From positions 6,318 through 70,317 of the IMG/VR virus record IMGVR_UViG_3300035390_000009: 64,000 nucleotides of DNA; one strand, given 5' to 3'. The notes below the pieces were generated by a model. The model saw only the letters and a program-made list of their open reading frames with translations. It did not search any database and was not told the DNA's origin. Within the stretch, counting starts at the first letter, position 1, and each line of letters starts with the position of its first letter. The translations under genes were made by a program, and so were the position numbers. Shown one piece after another: positions 38,147-47,040 of the stretch. This DNA comes from a virus.

Positions 38147-38494
38147 CTACTCCTTTAGTTTATTAAGGAATTCATTGTTAGTTTCTAATACCTTTTCAAC
38201 ACCTTCTGTTATATCAGATTTAAACAATAATGATTTATCTACTTCAGATTGTAATTTAACTTCCAATACTCTAATGGTACCATTAAGATTAGCTTGTTCA
38301 ATGAGTGATTGATTCAACTCATTCTTATATTTCCAAGCTAAGTCATAGTTAGTGTCATCCATAGATTTAGCATTACTCCACTTATCTCTGTAATCAACAC
38401 AACCATGAATAGAAAACATCCATAAGGTAAACATAACAGCAATAATAATTAGGGAAATCCATTCTGTTGTAGTAGTAGTACTTCTCTGGTTCAT
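38147..38494 (-). CDS. Single-pass membrane coiled-coil protein
   Basis: AAGGAG SD; first gene after motif B; N-terminal TM. Confidence 0.7.
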   Translation of the reverse strand: MNQRSTTTTTEWISLIIIAVMFTLWMFSIHGCVDYRDKWSNAKSMDDTNYDLAWKYKNELNQSLIEQANLNGTIRVLEVKLQSEVDKSLLFKSDITEGVEKVLETNNEFLNKLKE

Positions 38495-38533
38495 CTTTAA
38501 TACTCCTTTAAAATTAATTACAATTAAACTTCT

Positions 38534-38609
38534 TTATAGTTATTAATATATATAGATGAATTTTCCTTCTCTTATATAATGGATTGACTATATATATTAA
38601 TAACTATAA
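38534..38609. promoter_or_regulatory. Divergent control region: perfect 22-bp inverted repeat of motif B
   Basis: TTATAGTTATTAATATATATAG (38534-38555) and CTATATATATTAATAACTATAA (38588-38609) between divergent genes. Confidence 0.75.
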
Positions 38610-38614
38610 CATAA

Positions 38615-39274
38615 ATGAGTTTGTTTAATTATTATAACCTTAATACAGGAGAATGTAGAATGGACCACCTATCAAAAACTGGAGCCATAGACAAAATTGA
38701 AAACCTTATTGCTTTTATGTCAGCCAATGCAGAGTTTAATAAAAGTATAGTTAGTCTTGCTAAATCTCTTGATGCCAAAGATGATTCAGTGTCTATCATA
38801 ATGTCGGCATTATTATCTTCAACAATCAGATCAATAATTGATCCAAATGATAAAAACAATACACCTGAAATGGTGGAGGCAATTGAGATGGACAGTCTGT
38901 TAGGAAGTGTTGATGATATAGATAAAATGAAAAAGTCAGTTAAACTATTGGATCAAAGTTTTAACAATAAACATAATAGAATCTATAAGCTTCTTAAAAC
39001 ATTGGAAGACAATTCAACTATATCAGAGGAAGATTATAACTATAGTATATCTCATGAACATAAGGAAGTTAATACTATAGTAAACAAATACCTTGAGGAA
39101 TTGGATAAGGTATCTTTTGGTGGTGATAAAAATGATCCTTTAAATACTGTGGTCGCTTTATCATTGTATGCTATAAATGTTATTAGAATGTCAGTGTATA
39201 GTCATGGTGTTATGGTTAATCCTAATCAAGATACAATGACAGAGATACTGGGATTATGTGATGATATGGAATAA
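38615..39274 (+). CDS. Hypothetical helical protein
   Basis: 219-aa ORF; an alternative start at 38659 (AGGAGA SD) is possible. Confidence 0.7.
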   Translation: MSLFNYYNLNTGECRMDHLSKTGAIDKIENLIAFMSANAEFNKSIVSLAKSLDAKDDSVSIIMSALLSSTIRSIIDPNDKNNTPEMVEAIEMDSLLGSVDDIDKMKKSVKLLDQSFNNKHNRIYKLLKTLEDNSTISEEDYNYSISHEHKEVNTIVNKYLEELDKVSFGGDKNDPLNTVVALSLYAINVIRMSVYSHGVMVNPNQDTMTEILGLCDDME

Positions 39275-39362
39275 AGATATTCCATTATATCAGGATTAAC
39301 TATATATATTATAATTTAATATAGAAGTTTGTTTTAATTAATCTTAGCTTAGGAGATTTAAA

Positions 39363-40490
39363 ATGTCAAGAAAAAAGAATACAAGTACTGTCCAAATTCA
39401 AAACTGTGTTTTTGAAGTTATAGCAACCAACCCGTTAAAGGAATTTACAACTCCTGCTGTTATGGCGGATTTAAAAACTGTCTATGGTATTAACCCTCCG
39501 GAAATTGTGGTATGGAGAGCAATCAATAGGCTGAAGAAGGATGGACTGATATCACTTCAATCCAAAGTTAGTCGGATTAAACATTACTCTGTTGTATCAA
39601 GTACTGATATTAGTAATTTGATTGACATTGTAATTGGATTTCCGACAGTTTTTATTTCTTCAATTAATGATTCTATTGGTGCTTCAACTGATGACACTAC
39701 ATCTGATGAATTTACTGTTGACTCTGTTGATAAAGTCATCGGGAAAATTAAGGATCAAGATTTTGATCCTTTGGATTATGTAGACGAAAGATACTACAAC
39801 CGGATCATCCATGCACTCTATAAGAACAATGTTGAAGAGTCAAAAGAGATGGTAATAGTTGTTTTGGCCATCATGGGATATTGTTCTGCAGAAGATACTA
39901 CTAGGTTTAAGAGTAGAGAGATATTTACTGCTCTCAACTTTTTGAGCAAGATGACCATCCTCTGTAAGCTCGAAATTCTTTGCAACTCTTTCTACATGAT
40001 AAGGGCGGAAGAGAATAATTCTGGTGCTGAGGTGTTATATCGAATCACTATGAAACCAATTGATTTTGGTTTGAATCTAGACGTCAGTGGAGTATTGAGA
40101 CCTTTGGTAATATCAACTGGGTCCTTAACTGAGGATGAAGTTACAGAATTGGTTTCTGGTCTTGATACCCCGGAAGAAAAGGTTGCAGGTATGACCTTAA
40201 CCCATGAAGAAATTGGCTATGGCTTTATTGCCATATACAAAAGGGTTGAGGATGATAATGCGAGGATGCTTCGAAGAATTGAACAACTGGAAAAGGAGAA
40301 TGTTCAGTTGATGGATGAAAGAAACAGTTTTCATCTAGCATTGAAAAAAGCCAATAAGGATCTGGTCGATCTGTCTTCAAAGAATGATGAATTGAAGATA
40401 GTGAAAAAGAATACTCCAAAGACTGAGATCACATTAAGAAGTATGGCTGATCTTAAGAATATTAATGTTAGTAAGAAACTCGGGTTATAA
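39363..40490 (+). CDS. Putative DNA-binding protein with two winged-HTH-like segments and a C-terminal coiled coil
   Basis: FTTPAVMADL...VVWRAINRLKKDGLI....KHY and FKSREIF...ILCKLEILC...Y......YRIT patterns; AGGAGA SD; CTATATATATT at 39300. Confidence 0.55.
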   Translation: MSRKKNTSTVQIQNCVFEVIATNPLKEFTTPAVMADLKTVYGINPPEIVVWRAINRLKKDGLISLQSKVSRIKHYSVVSSTDISNLIDIVIGFPTVFISSINDSIGASTDDTTSDEFTVDSVDKVIGKIKDQDFDPLDYVDERYYNRIIHALYKNNVEESKEMVIVVLAIMGYCSAEDTTRFKSREIFTALNFLSKMTILCKLEILCNSFYMIRAEENNSGAEVLYRITMKPIDFGLNLDVSGVLRPLVISTGSLTEDEVTELVSGLDTPEEKVAGMTLTHEEIGYGFIAIYKRVEDDNARMLRRIEQLEKENVQLMDERNSFHLALKKANKDLVDLSSKNDELKIVKKNTPKTEITLRSMADLKNINVSKKLGL

Positions 40491-40498
40491 CCGACGAT

Positions 40499-40538
40499 AA
40501 AAAAGGAGCAAGCTAATAATATGCTTGCTCCTTTTTTT
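40499..40538. terminator. Bidirectional intrinsic terminator
   Basis: AAAAAAGGAGCAAGC-loop-GCTTGCTCCTTTTTTT between convergent genes. Confidence 0.85.
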
Positions 40539-40547
40539 GTCATCTTT

Positions 40548-40778
40548 TTATCTCCATGTTATATTATTTGGGTTACCAAGATCTAACTCTTTACCCTCAC
40601 CATATATCTCATGGTATCTTAATGATAACCCACAATTAGGACACTCTAATCCATAATATCCATCTGGGATTAAAGAAGTATCGGTTCTATCTATCTCTGT
40701 GTTACAATTCCAACATTCAGTTATTTCAGAGAAAGGGTGCTCACCTATTGCTCCTATTGATGATATCTTATCTTTCAT
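40548..40778 (-). CDS. Zinc-ribbon protein
   Basis: CWNC...CPNC; AGGAG SD. Confidence 0.7.
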   Translation of the reverse strand: MKDKISSIGAIGEHPFSEITECWNCNTEIDRTDTSLIPDGYYGLECPNCGLSLRYHEIYGEGKELDLGNPNNITWR

Positions 40779-40801
40779 TTCAGTTTCTCCTTTATATTAA
40801 T

Positions 40802-40817
40802 TAGAACATATTATAAA
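40802..40817 (+). promoter_or_regulatory. Candidate promoter, motif A
   Basis: TAGAACATATTATAAA upstream of 40837. Confidence 0.6.
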
Positions 40818-40836
40818 TATTATATAGGGGGTTTAT

Positions 40837-41157
40837 ATGACTTTTAGAATTATAGAAGGTGGCTCGCCAGAATCTCCTACTCAAAAGAAAAAACAACTAT
40901 CCGATAAAGTAGAACAATTGAAAATCTTTGTGTCTCATATGAGATCTTTAGAGAAGTCAATTGCCTCTATTAAATCTATGGCGCATCAAATTGAGTGGGA
41001 TGATTTAGATAAAAGATTAACTTCATGTCATGATCAAATTTTAGATACCCTTTCCTTTGTTAAAAAATCTACAAATGATAAAAAGCAAGATAGGTTGAAT
41101 TTAGACAAACCTATAAAGACTAAGTTGAAGATTGTCAAGTTAAAGGATAAAGAATAA
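40837..41157 (+). CDS. Hypothetical coiled-coil protein
   Basis: GGGGG SD. Confidence 0.7.
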   Translation: MTFRIIEGGSPESPTQKKKQLSDKVEQLKIFVSHMRSLEKSIASIKSMAHQIEWDDLDKRLTSCHDQILDTLSFVKKSTNDKKQDRLNLDKPIKTKLKIVKLKDKE

Positions 41158-41209
41158 TTTCTTTTATAATATGTTCATACTAATATAATAAGTTTCTTAT
41201 ATATAGAAA

Positions 41210-41225
41210 TAGAACATATAATAAA
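41210..41225 (+). promoter_or_regulatory. Candidate promoter, motif A
   Basis: TAGAACATATAATAAA upstream of 41253. Confidence 0.6.
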
Positions 41226-41252
41226 GGTTATATAGAAATAGTGAGGTGAACT

Positions 41253-42200
41253 ATGAGCATGGAAAAAATATGGTTTGGTATAAAATCAACTTCAATGATA
41301 GCAGTATTAATCGCTGGGTTTATAATTCTTGCTCCTATGGCTAAAGCTGTTATTGGTTATTTTGAATCCAAGGAGTTGTTATACAATGAGCAGATGATAA
41401 GGTTATCTGATTCAGGTGACCTGGCAAGTAAGAGAGTAGAGTTTAATAATAAACTTCTACAAACTCAAATAGAAACACTAAGAGATGAGATTAAGATTCA
41501 AGCTAAGGCAAGGAACCAAGAGATTGTTGCATTTGGTGAAGTTATCGCTGAGCTTAAACAAGACTTTAGTGAACAGATAGGTAATGTATATAAGGATAGT
41601 CAAGATAGTACTAAGGATTATGTTGAAACAGTTATAAGAAAGAATATGGCTGATGGATCAGAAATGCCATGGAGTTGGGCAATGTATAGTCCTAATATTT
41701 CAGGAGATGAGAAATGGACTACTGGGACATATCCTGCTAAACTCCATACTAAGATTGCCCTTGGCCAGGATAAAAAGACTGGTGGTAGAAAAGATGCATA
41801 TGTTGAAAGTTATATGACTAGTGAAATATTTGAAGCTGATAAAGGGAAGAAGTTTCCTGTTGAGATTGCCAGTATTGAATGGGTTGAGAAACCACCTGAT
41901 CCATATTCTTTTATGTTTAATCCAAGACTATCATTGGGATTTGGATTTACTGATGAAGCATTTGGATCTGTTGAAATGAGTTTCTTTAGCTATGGACAAA
42001 CCAAAGGTGATATGGATTGGAGAATTTTAAGCTTAGGTTTTGGAATAGGTAATGATGATAGATTCTTATATGTTGCACCTGTAGAATATAATATAGGCAA
42101 ACCTTTACCATTCATGGAGAATTTATTCATAGCTCCATTTGTAGGGCTTGATGATGATTCAAATACAATATGGGGCGGTCAGTTACAGATTCCATTTTAA
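41253..42200 (+). CDS. Envelope protein: N-terminal TM, coiled coil, C-terminal amphipathic beta-strands
   Basis: TM at residues ~14-33, coiled coil, C-terminal ...IWGGQLQIPF ending in Phe. Confidence 0.6.
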   Translation: MSMEKIWFGIKSTSMIAVLIAGFIILAPMAKAVIGYFESKELLYNEQMIRLSDSGDLASKRVEFNNKLLQTQIETLRDEIKIQAKARNQEIVAFGEVIAELKQDFSEQIGNVYKDSQDSTKDYVETVIRKNMADGSEMPWSWAMYSPNISGDEKWTTGTYPAKLHTKIALGQDKKTGGRKDAYVESYMTSEIFEADKGKKFPVEIASIEWVEKPPDPYSFMFNPRLSLGFGFTDEAFGSVEMSFFSYGQTKGDMDWRILSLGFGIGNDDRFLYVAPVEYNIGKPLPFMENLFIAPFVGLDDDSNTIWGGQLQIPF

Positions 42201-42212
42201 AGGAGAAATGTT

Positions 42213-42563
42213 ATGGCTAATTCACAAGAAGTAATAACAGCATTAGAGCAAATACAAAAGACTAATATTGATTCTATTATAGTAAGCTTCTTAATAGCAG
42301 CAGTAGCATTAATGTTATTAAAGATAGTAGCAGAAGCAATAACTGGATGGGTTCAATTAAGATTGGATCAACATATAGCGATTGGAACAACTGTTGAGGT
42401 ATATGGCAAGAAGGGTAGAATTAAAGAGATTAGTGTATTCACTATTACTATTGAAAGTCAATGTGGTTATATCAGAGTTCCTACTAAGGCATGGAGAGCA
42501 AGTAGATTTTTAATATTAAAGGATACACAAAAATTACATAATAGAAGAAAAGAAGATAAATAA
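42213..42563 (+). CDS. Minimal MscS-like mechanosensitive channel domain protein
   Basis: TM followed by IAIGTTVEVYGKKGRIKEISVFTITIE...IRVPT, the MscS middle beta-domain pattern. Confidence 0.65.
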   Translation: MANSQEVITALEQIQKTNIDSIIVSFLIAAVALMLLKIVAEAITGWVQLRLDQHIAIGTTVEVYGKKGRIKEISVFTITIESQCGYIRVPTKAWRASRFLILKDTQKLHNRRKEDK

Positions 42564-42577
42564 TTAAAGGAGAAGGA

Positions 42578-42985
42578 ATGAAAATTACAGAGAAATCAGA
42601 AGCCTATGGTGTTGACTTGGATGGTACATTAGCTGAATATCATGGATGGACTGGTGATAGGTCAGTTGGTAAGGCTATACCTAAAATGTTATCCAAAGTT
42701 AAACAGTGGATTGAAGAAGGAACAAGAGTTGTTATCTTTACTGCTAGAGCTGAGGACCCAGAAAATATACCGCCAATAGTTGAATGGTTAGAATATAATG
42801 GAATTGGTGGGTTAGAAATAACTAATATGAAAACTCCTGACATATCAAGAATATATGATGACAGGGCTATTCAAGTGAAAAGAAATGAAGGTGATATACT
42901 TGGTGACGAATCTTTAATGATAGAATGGAAAACAAGATTAGGCCCAGGTATAAAATTAAATGAATTATATAATAGGGAGGATTAG
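42578..42985 (+). CDS. HAD-superfamily phosphatase
   Basis: VDLDGTLA, IFTAR, IYDDRA motifs. Confidence 0.8.
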   Translation: MKITEKSEAYGVDLDGTLAEYHGWTGDRSVGKAIPKMLSKVKQWIEEGTRVVIFTARAEDPENIPPIVEWLEYNGIGGLEITNMKTPDISRIYDDRAIQVKRNEGDILGDESLMIEWKTRLGPGIKLNELYNRED

Positions 42986-42988
42986 ATT

Positions 42989-44089
42989 ATGAAAGCTTTT
43001 TGGATTTGGTTATTAGGAATATTTGGAATGGCTCCGGTTAAAATACCAGAGGAAATATTGGATGATACTACTGCTCATGTTGAACCAGATAATTATGTTC
43101 CAGGAGAGATTATAGATGATTATGTTCCAGAAGAATACCCTGATGTTATAATTCCACCCGGTGATTCAGATGATCTCTTTGATGATGATACTTTAATGGA
43201 TGAACTTGAAGATATAGATGAACCATATGTTGATCCAGATCAAAGGGCACCTGGAAAATTTGCAGTTCTAATTGGTATTAATAAATATGATCCATCTCTT
43301 AATTCTAATCTGAATGGTTGTGTTAATGATGTTGAAGGTATGTATGATATACTAGTAAATACATATGGGTTTCTTCCTGATAATATTAGAGTGTTAACTG
43401 ATTATAGAGCAACACAGGAGATGATGCTTGAAAGGATTAGTTGGTTATTGGATCATGATGTTTATGGTGATGAATTAGTCTTACACTACTCTGGTCATGG
43501 TTCACAAATAAGAGATAGAGATGGGGATGAACTGAATGATTACTTAGATGAAATATTATGCCCAACTGATTTAGATTGGGATGATCCATTAACTGATGAT
43601 GATATTAAATGGATATTTAATATGAAAGAGGATGGAGTATTCCTTACATTCATATGTGATTCATGTCATAGTGGATCAATAACTAAAACCATTCAAAATA
43701 ATCCAGAAGGTATAGAGTTTGCACCTCTTGAATACCCAAGATTTATTAGTCCTCCACTTGATATTAAAATAAGAGAAGGATCTAATTCTATTGCTAGTCA
43801 TAAATTTGGTGGATTAAATATAAATGAAAAGGAATTGTTTGAACAACAACATGTGTTATTGTCAGGATGCAGAGATAACCAAACATCTGCTGATGCTTAC
43901 ATTGATGGTAAGTGGCAAGGAGCAATGACTTCTAGTTTAATTTCTGCTATTAGAAAGAATCCTAATAGAGATTGGAATTCTATACATGCTGATGTTATTT
44001 CAATATTGAATGTAGGTGGGTATGCTCAGAAGCCTCAATTGAGTGGAGAGGATTCATTGATAAAAGGTCGTAACATATTTGGGTCATGA
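42989..44089 (+). CDS. Metacaspase (peptidase C14) with hydrophobic N-terminus and acidic linker
   Basis: AVLIGINKY, LNGCVND, HYSGHG (His), DSCHSG (Cys), LLSGCRDNQTSAD, QKPQL. Confidence 0.92.
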   Translation: MKAFWIWLLGIFGMAPVKIPEEILDDTTAHVEPDNYVPGEIIDDYVPEEYPDVIIPPGDSDDLFDDDTLMDELEDIDEPYVDPDQRAPGKFAVLIGINKYDPSLNSNLNGCVNDVEGMYDILVNTYGFLPDNIRVLTDYRATQEMMLERISWLLDHDVYGDELVLHYSGHGSQIRDRDGDELNDYLDEILCPTDLDWDDPLTDDDIKWIFNMKEDGVFLTFICDSCHSGSITKTIQNNPEGIEFAPLEYPRFISPPLDIKIREGSNSIASHKFGGLNINEKELFEQQHVLLSGCRDNQTSADAYIDGKWQGAMTSSLISAIRKNPNRDWNSIHADVISILNVGGYAQKPQLSGEDSLIKGRNIFGS

Positions 44090-44109
44090 TTCTCCTCGAA
44101 AGGGAAACC

Positions 44110-44131
44110 CTATAGTTAATAATATATATAG
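44110..44131. promoter_or_regulatory. Motif B copy
   Basis: CTATAGTTAATAATATATATAG followed by TTATAATGG upstream of 44162. Confidence 0.45.
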
Positions 44132-44161
44132 AAAAACGTTTTATAATGGAGGGAAATTTAA

Positions 44162-44728
44162 GTGAATTACAAAGATAAAGTTAATGAATTACTAGAAAAG
44201 AATATGACTGAGAAAGGGTATAAACTATGGTTAGGTATCAACACAATGGTTGTTGATATATGGAATAGACCTTCATCTAGTTCTGGTAAATATCATAAGA
44301 AAAGCGATGGTAGAGTCCATGATATAGCTGAGCATACATATGAAATGTTATATAATGCCATGAAGATTATTAGACTATTTGATATTACTTCAAATACTAG
44401 TAGATGTGATGCTATGTTATTTGCTATTGGACTCCATGATATATTAAAGTATGGTGAGCATGGAGAATTGAAGCATACTACAGGCAAGCATGATCAGTTG
44501 GCTGGTGATTTAATATCAGGCAACTTTGATACCTTTAGAAAAGTTATGGGTGACAATGATGTTTTGATTATGGCTGAGGCTGCAAGATATCATAGTGGTC
44601 GTTGGAGTACTGACGTTAAGGTTAGGAATGCATTTGATTGGAAAACCTTTAACCCTGAAACCTTATTTGTTCATATAATGGATATGCTTAGTACTGGCGA
44701 TTGTTTGAATCTACCGGAGGAAAAATGA
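44162..44728 (+). CDS. HD-domain phosphohydrolase
   Basis: SGKYH, EH, GLHDILKYG, H, RYHSGRW, VHIMDML. Confidence 0.8.
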   Translation: MNYKDKVNELLEKNMTEKGYKLWLGINTMVVDIWNRPSSSSGKYHKKSDGRVHDIAEHTYEMLYNAMKIIRLFDITSNTSRCDAMLFAIGLHDILKYGEHGELKHTTGKHDQLAGDLISGNFDTFRKVMGDNDVLIMAEAARYHSGRWSTDVKVRNAFDWKTFNPETLFVHIMDMLSTGDCLNLPEEK

Positions 44729-45183
44729 TTATAGAAGAATTGAAAGAAGATATATTGAAAGTCTCTGTTAGACTAATTGGTGAAGGACATAAGGTTGTGC
44801 TATTGCATGGGTGTAATTGTTTCCATACAATGGGTGGTGGTATTGCTTTATACCTAAAGAATAAATACCCAGAAATATATGAGGCAGACTTAATAACTAA
44901 GTATGGTGATAGAGAAAAACTTGGTGGTTTTTCTTATGAAGAAATTAATAACAATTTAACAATTGCTAATTGTTATACACAACATGGATATGGTAACGAT
45001 AGGGTATATGTAGAGTCAGATGCTATTTTCAATAGTGTTTCAAGAGTATGTGAATATTATCCAAATCATTATATTCTAATGCCTAAGATTGGGTGCGGGT
45101 TAGCTGGTGGTGATTGGAAAGAAATAAAACCAATTATTAATTCAGCTTTGAAAAATAAAGATGCTGTAGTGTGTTATATATAA
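44725..45183 (+). CDS. Macrodomain (ADP-ribose processing) protein
   Basis: HGCNCFHTMGGGIA, NCYTQ, MPKIGCGLAGGDW; ATG 44725 with GGAGG SD. Confidence 0.88.
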   Translation: MIIEELKEDILKVSVRLIGEGHKVVLLHGCNCFHTMGGGIALYLKNKYPEIYEADLITKYGDREKLGGFSYEEINNNLTIANCYTQHGYGNDRVYVESDAIFNSVSRVCEYYPNHYILMPKIGCGLAGGDWKEIKPIINSALKNKDAVVCYI

Positions 45184-45285
45184 AGAATGAATGGTGATCT
45201 TAAGATTTGAATTTTAAATGAATAGTGTACCCAGAAACAAACTCATTTTTTTTGTATGAATTTGTATCTAAACTTGAACGTAATA

Positions 45286-45301
45286 TAGAACATATTTAAA
45301 A
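45286..45301 (+). promoter_or_regulatory. Candidate promoter, motif A
   Basis: TAGAACATATTTAAAA upstream of 45367. Confidence 0.6.
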
Positions 45302-45366
45302 GGTAAATATTATATTTATGCTAATATTATATTTTAGTTTAATTTAACACTAAGGAGGAATCTACC

Positions 45367-46149
45367 ATGGGTTCACTATCAAATTATGTCGAAGACGAAG
45401 TCCTGGATCATGTATTAAAAACAGGTGACTGGGCACAACCTGCTGCACTATATGTAGCACTTTCAACTGCAGATCCTACAGATGATGCATCTGGAATTTT
45501 AGAGCCTGTTGGAAATGGCTATGCAAGAGTAAGTCATGCAGCATGGGATGTAGCAGCTTCAAGAGCTACTGAGAATACTGGAACTATCAGTTTCCCAGAA
45601 GCAAGTGGTGCTTGGGGAACTATTACCCATTTCTTTATTTCTGATGCTTCTACAGCTGGAAATATGATAGCACATGGCGCATTGTCTGCATCCAAAACTA
45701 TTGGTGCTGGCGATAATGCATCTTTCCAAGATGGCGCTATTGATGTATCTTTTAACACTGGTGGTATTGCTACATTCTTAGCTAATGCTGTTCTTGATCA
45801 TATCTTTGGTAACACTGCATATGATACTACAGCTACTATTTATGTTGCTCTTTCATTAGCTAATCCTACAGATGATGGTTCAGCAGTTGATGAGCATTCT
45901 GGTGATGCTTATGCCAGAGTTGCTCATAATACTTGGGACGTTTCAAGTGGTGGTGCTACTGAGAATGATGGCGCTATTACATTCCCTCAAGCATCTGCAG
46001 CATGGGGTACTGTCACACATTTTGCAATGTTTGATGCTGCTACTGCTGGTAATATGTTGTTTTATGGTTCTCTCGATAATGCTAGAAACATTGGACAGAA
46101 TGATACACCTTCATTTGCTGATGGCGCATTAGATATTACTATGGACTAA
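45367..46149 (+). CDS. Phage tail-associated protein with two tandem copies of one ~130-aa domain
   Basis: LYVALSTADP..GYARV..FPEASGAWGTITHF..DA..AGN is repeated as IYVALSLANP..AYARV..FPQASAAWGTVTHF..DA..AGN; AAGGAGG SD. Confidence 0.75.
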   Translation: MGSLSNYVEDEVLDHVLKTGDWAQPAALYVALSTADPTDDASGILEPVGNGYARVSHAAWDVAASRATENTGTISFPEASGAWGTITHFFISDASTAGNMIAHGALSASKTIGAGDNASFQDGAIDVSFNTGGIATFLANAVLDHIFGNTAYDTTATIYVALSLANPTDDGSAVDEHSGDAYARVAHNTWDVSSGGATENDGAITFPQASAAWGTVTHFAMFDAATAGNMLFYGSLDNARNIGQNDTPSFADGALDITMD

Positions 46150-46185
46150 TCTTTACCAGATTAAGAAATAGTTTTAAGAACATTT

Positions 46186-46240
46186 CCCTCTCATTGAGAA
46201 CATATTATAAATATTAATCAATGAGAGGGTTTTTTCCGTC
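46186..46240 (+). promoter_or_regulatory. Hairpin with motif A in its loop and the SD in its 3' arm
   Basis: CCCTCTCATTGA (46186-46197) pairs with TCAATGAGAGGG (46218-46229); GAGAACATATTATAAA at 46196; TTTTTTCCGTC directly before ATG 46241. Confidence 0.75.
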
Positions 46241-47035
46241 ATGAAAATAAGTGAAACTAAATCATTAATAAGAAAAAATGAATATAAACATTATGTATAT
46301 GGTATAATATCACCATCAGGCAAACCATTTTATATAGGTAAAGGCCAAGATTATAGATTTCAACTTCATTTAGCTGAAGCTATTAACACAGATAATAAAA
46401 ATTTAAAATTGAGTATAATCAGAGGGATTATAAAATCTAACAAAAGATTAAACTATAAAATTTATGGATTTTATAAAACAGATGAAATTGCATTGGTAGT
46501 TGAAAAATTTTTAATATTATATTATGGTAGGATTGATTTAAAAACTGGAATACTAACTAATCTAACTGATGGTGGTGGTCCAAGAAATTGTGCTGAGGAA
46601 TCATTAAAAAAATTAAGTGATTCAATTAAAAATTATGTTTTAACACATCCAATAGAACATAAATCTTATCAAAAAAATGCAACAAAAGTTAAACAATTAC
46701 CTGAAGTAAGAAATAAATATAGAAAAGCCCAATTAGATTATATGAAATCATTTCCAGATGAACATGTTGATACTATGGCTAAAACACATAAGACTAGAAG
46801 AAAACCAGAGAATAGAAAAGCTAATAGTAAACGTTTGAAAGAATATTTTAAAGATCCTAAAGCGAGAAAGAAAAATAGTGAAGCCCAAAAATTAGCTCAT
46901 AAAAGAAAAAGATTAGTTATAGATAGATGTAAAAATTTAATAGATTCTAACTTTTTAAATATTCAGTTACCATCAACTACTAAGAGTATTAAAGTTTTTG
47001 AAGAATTAGAAAAGAAATTACTTGAATTAATTTAA
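46241..47035 (+). mobile_element. Free-standing GIY-YIG homing endonuclease gene
   Basis: YVYG...PFYIGKG...R, E..LI..YGR.D...GILTNLTDGG, basic repetitive C-terminus; K-rich composition unlike the flanking tail genes. Confidence 0.8.
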
Positions 47036-47040
47036 GTTTC

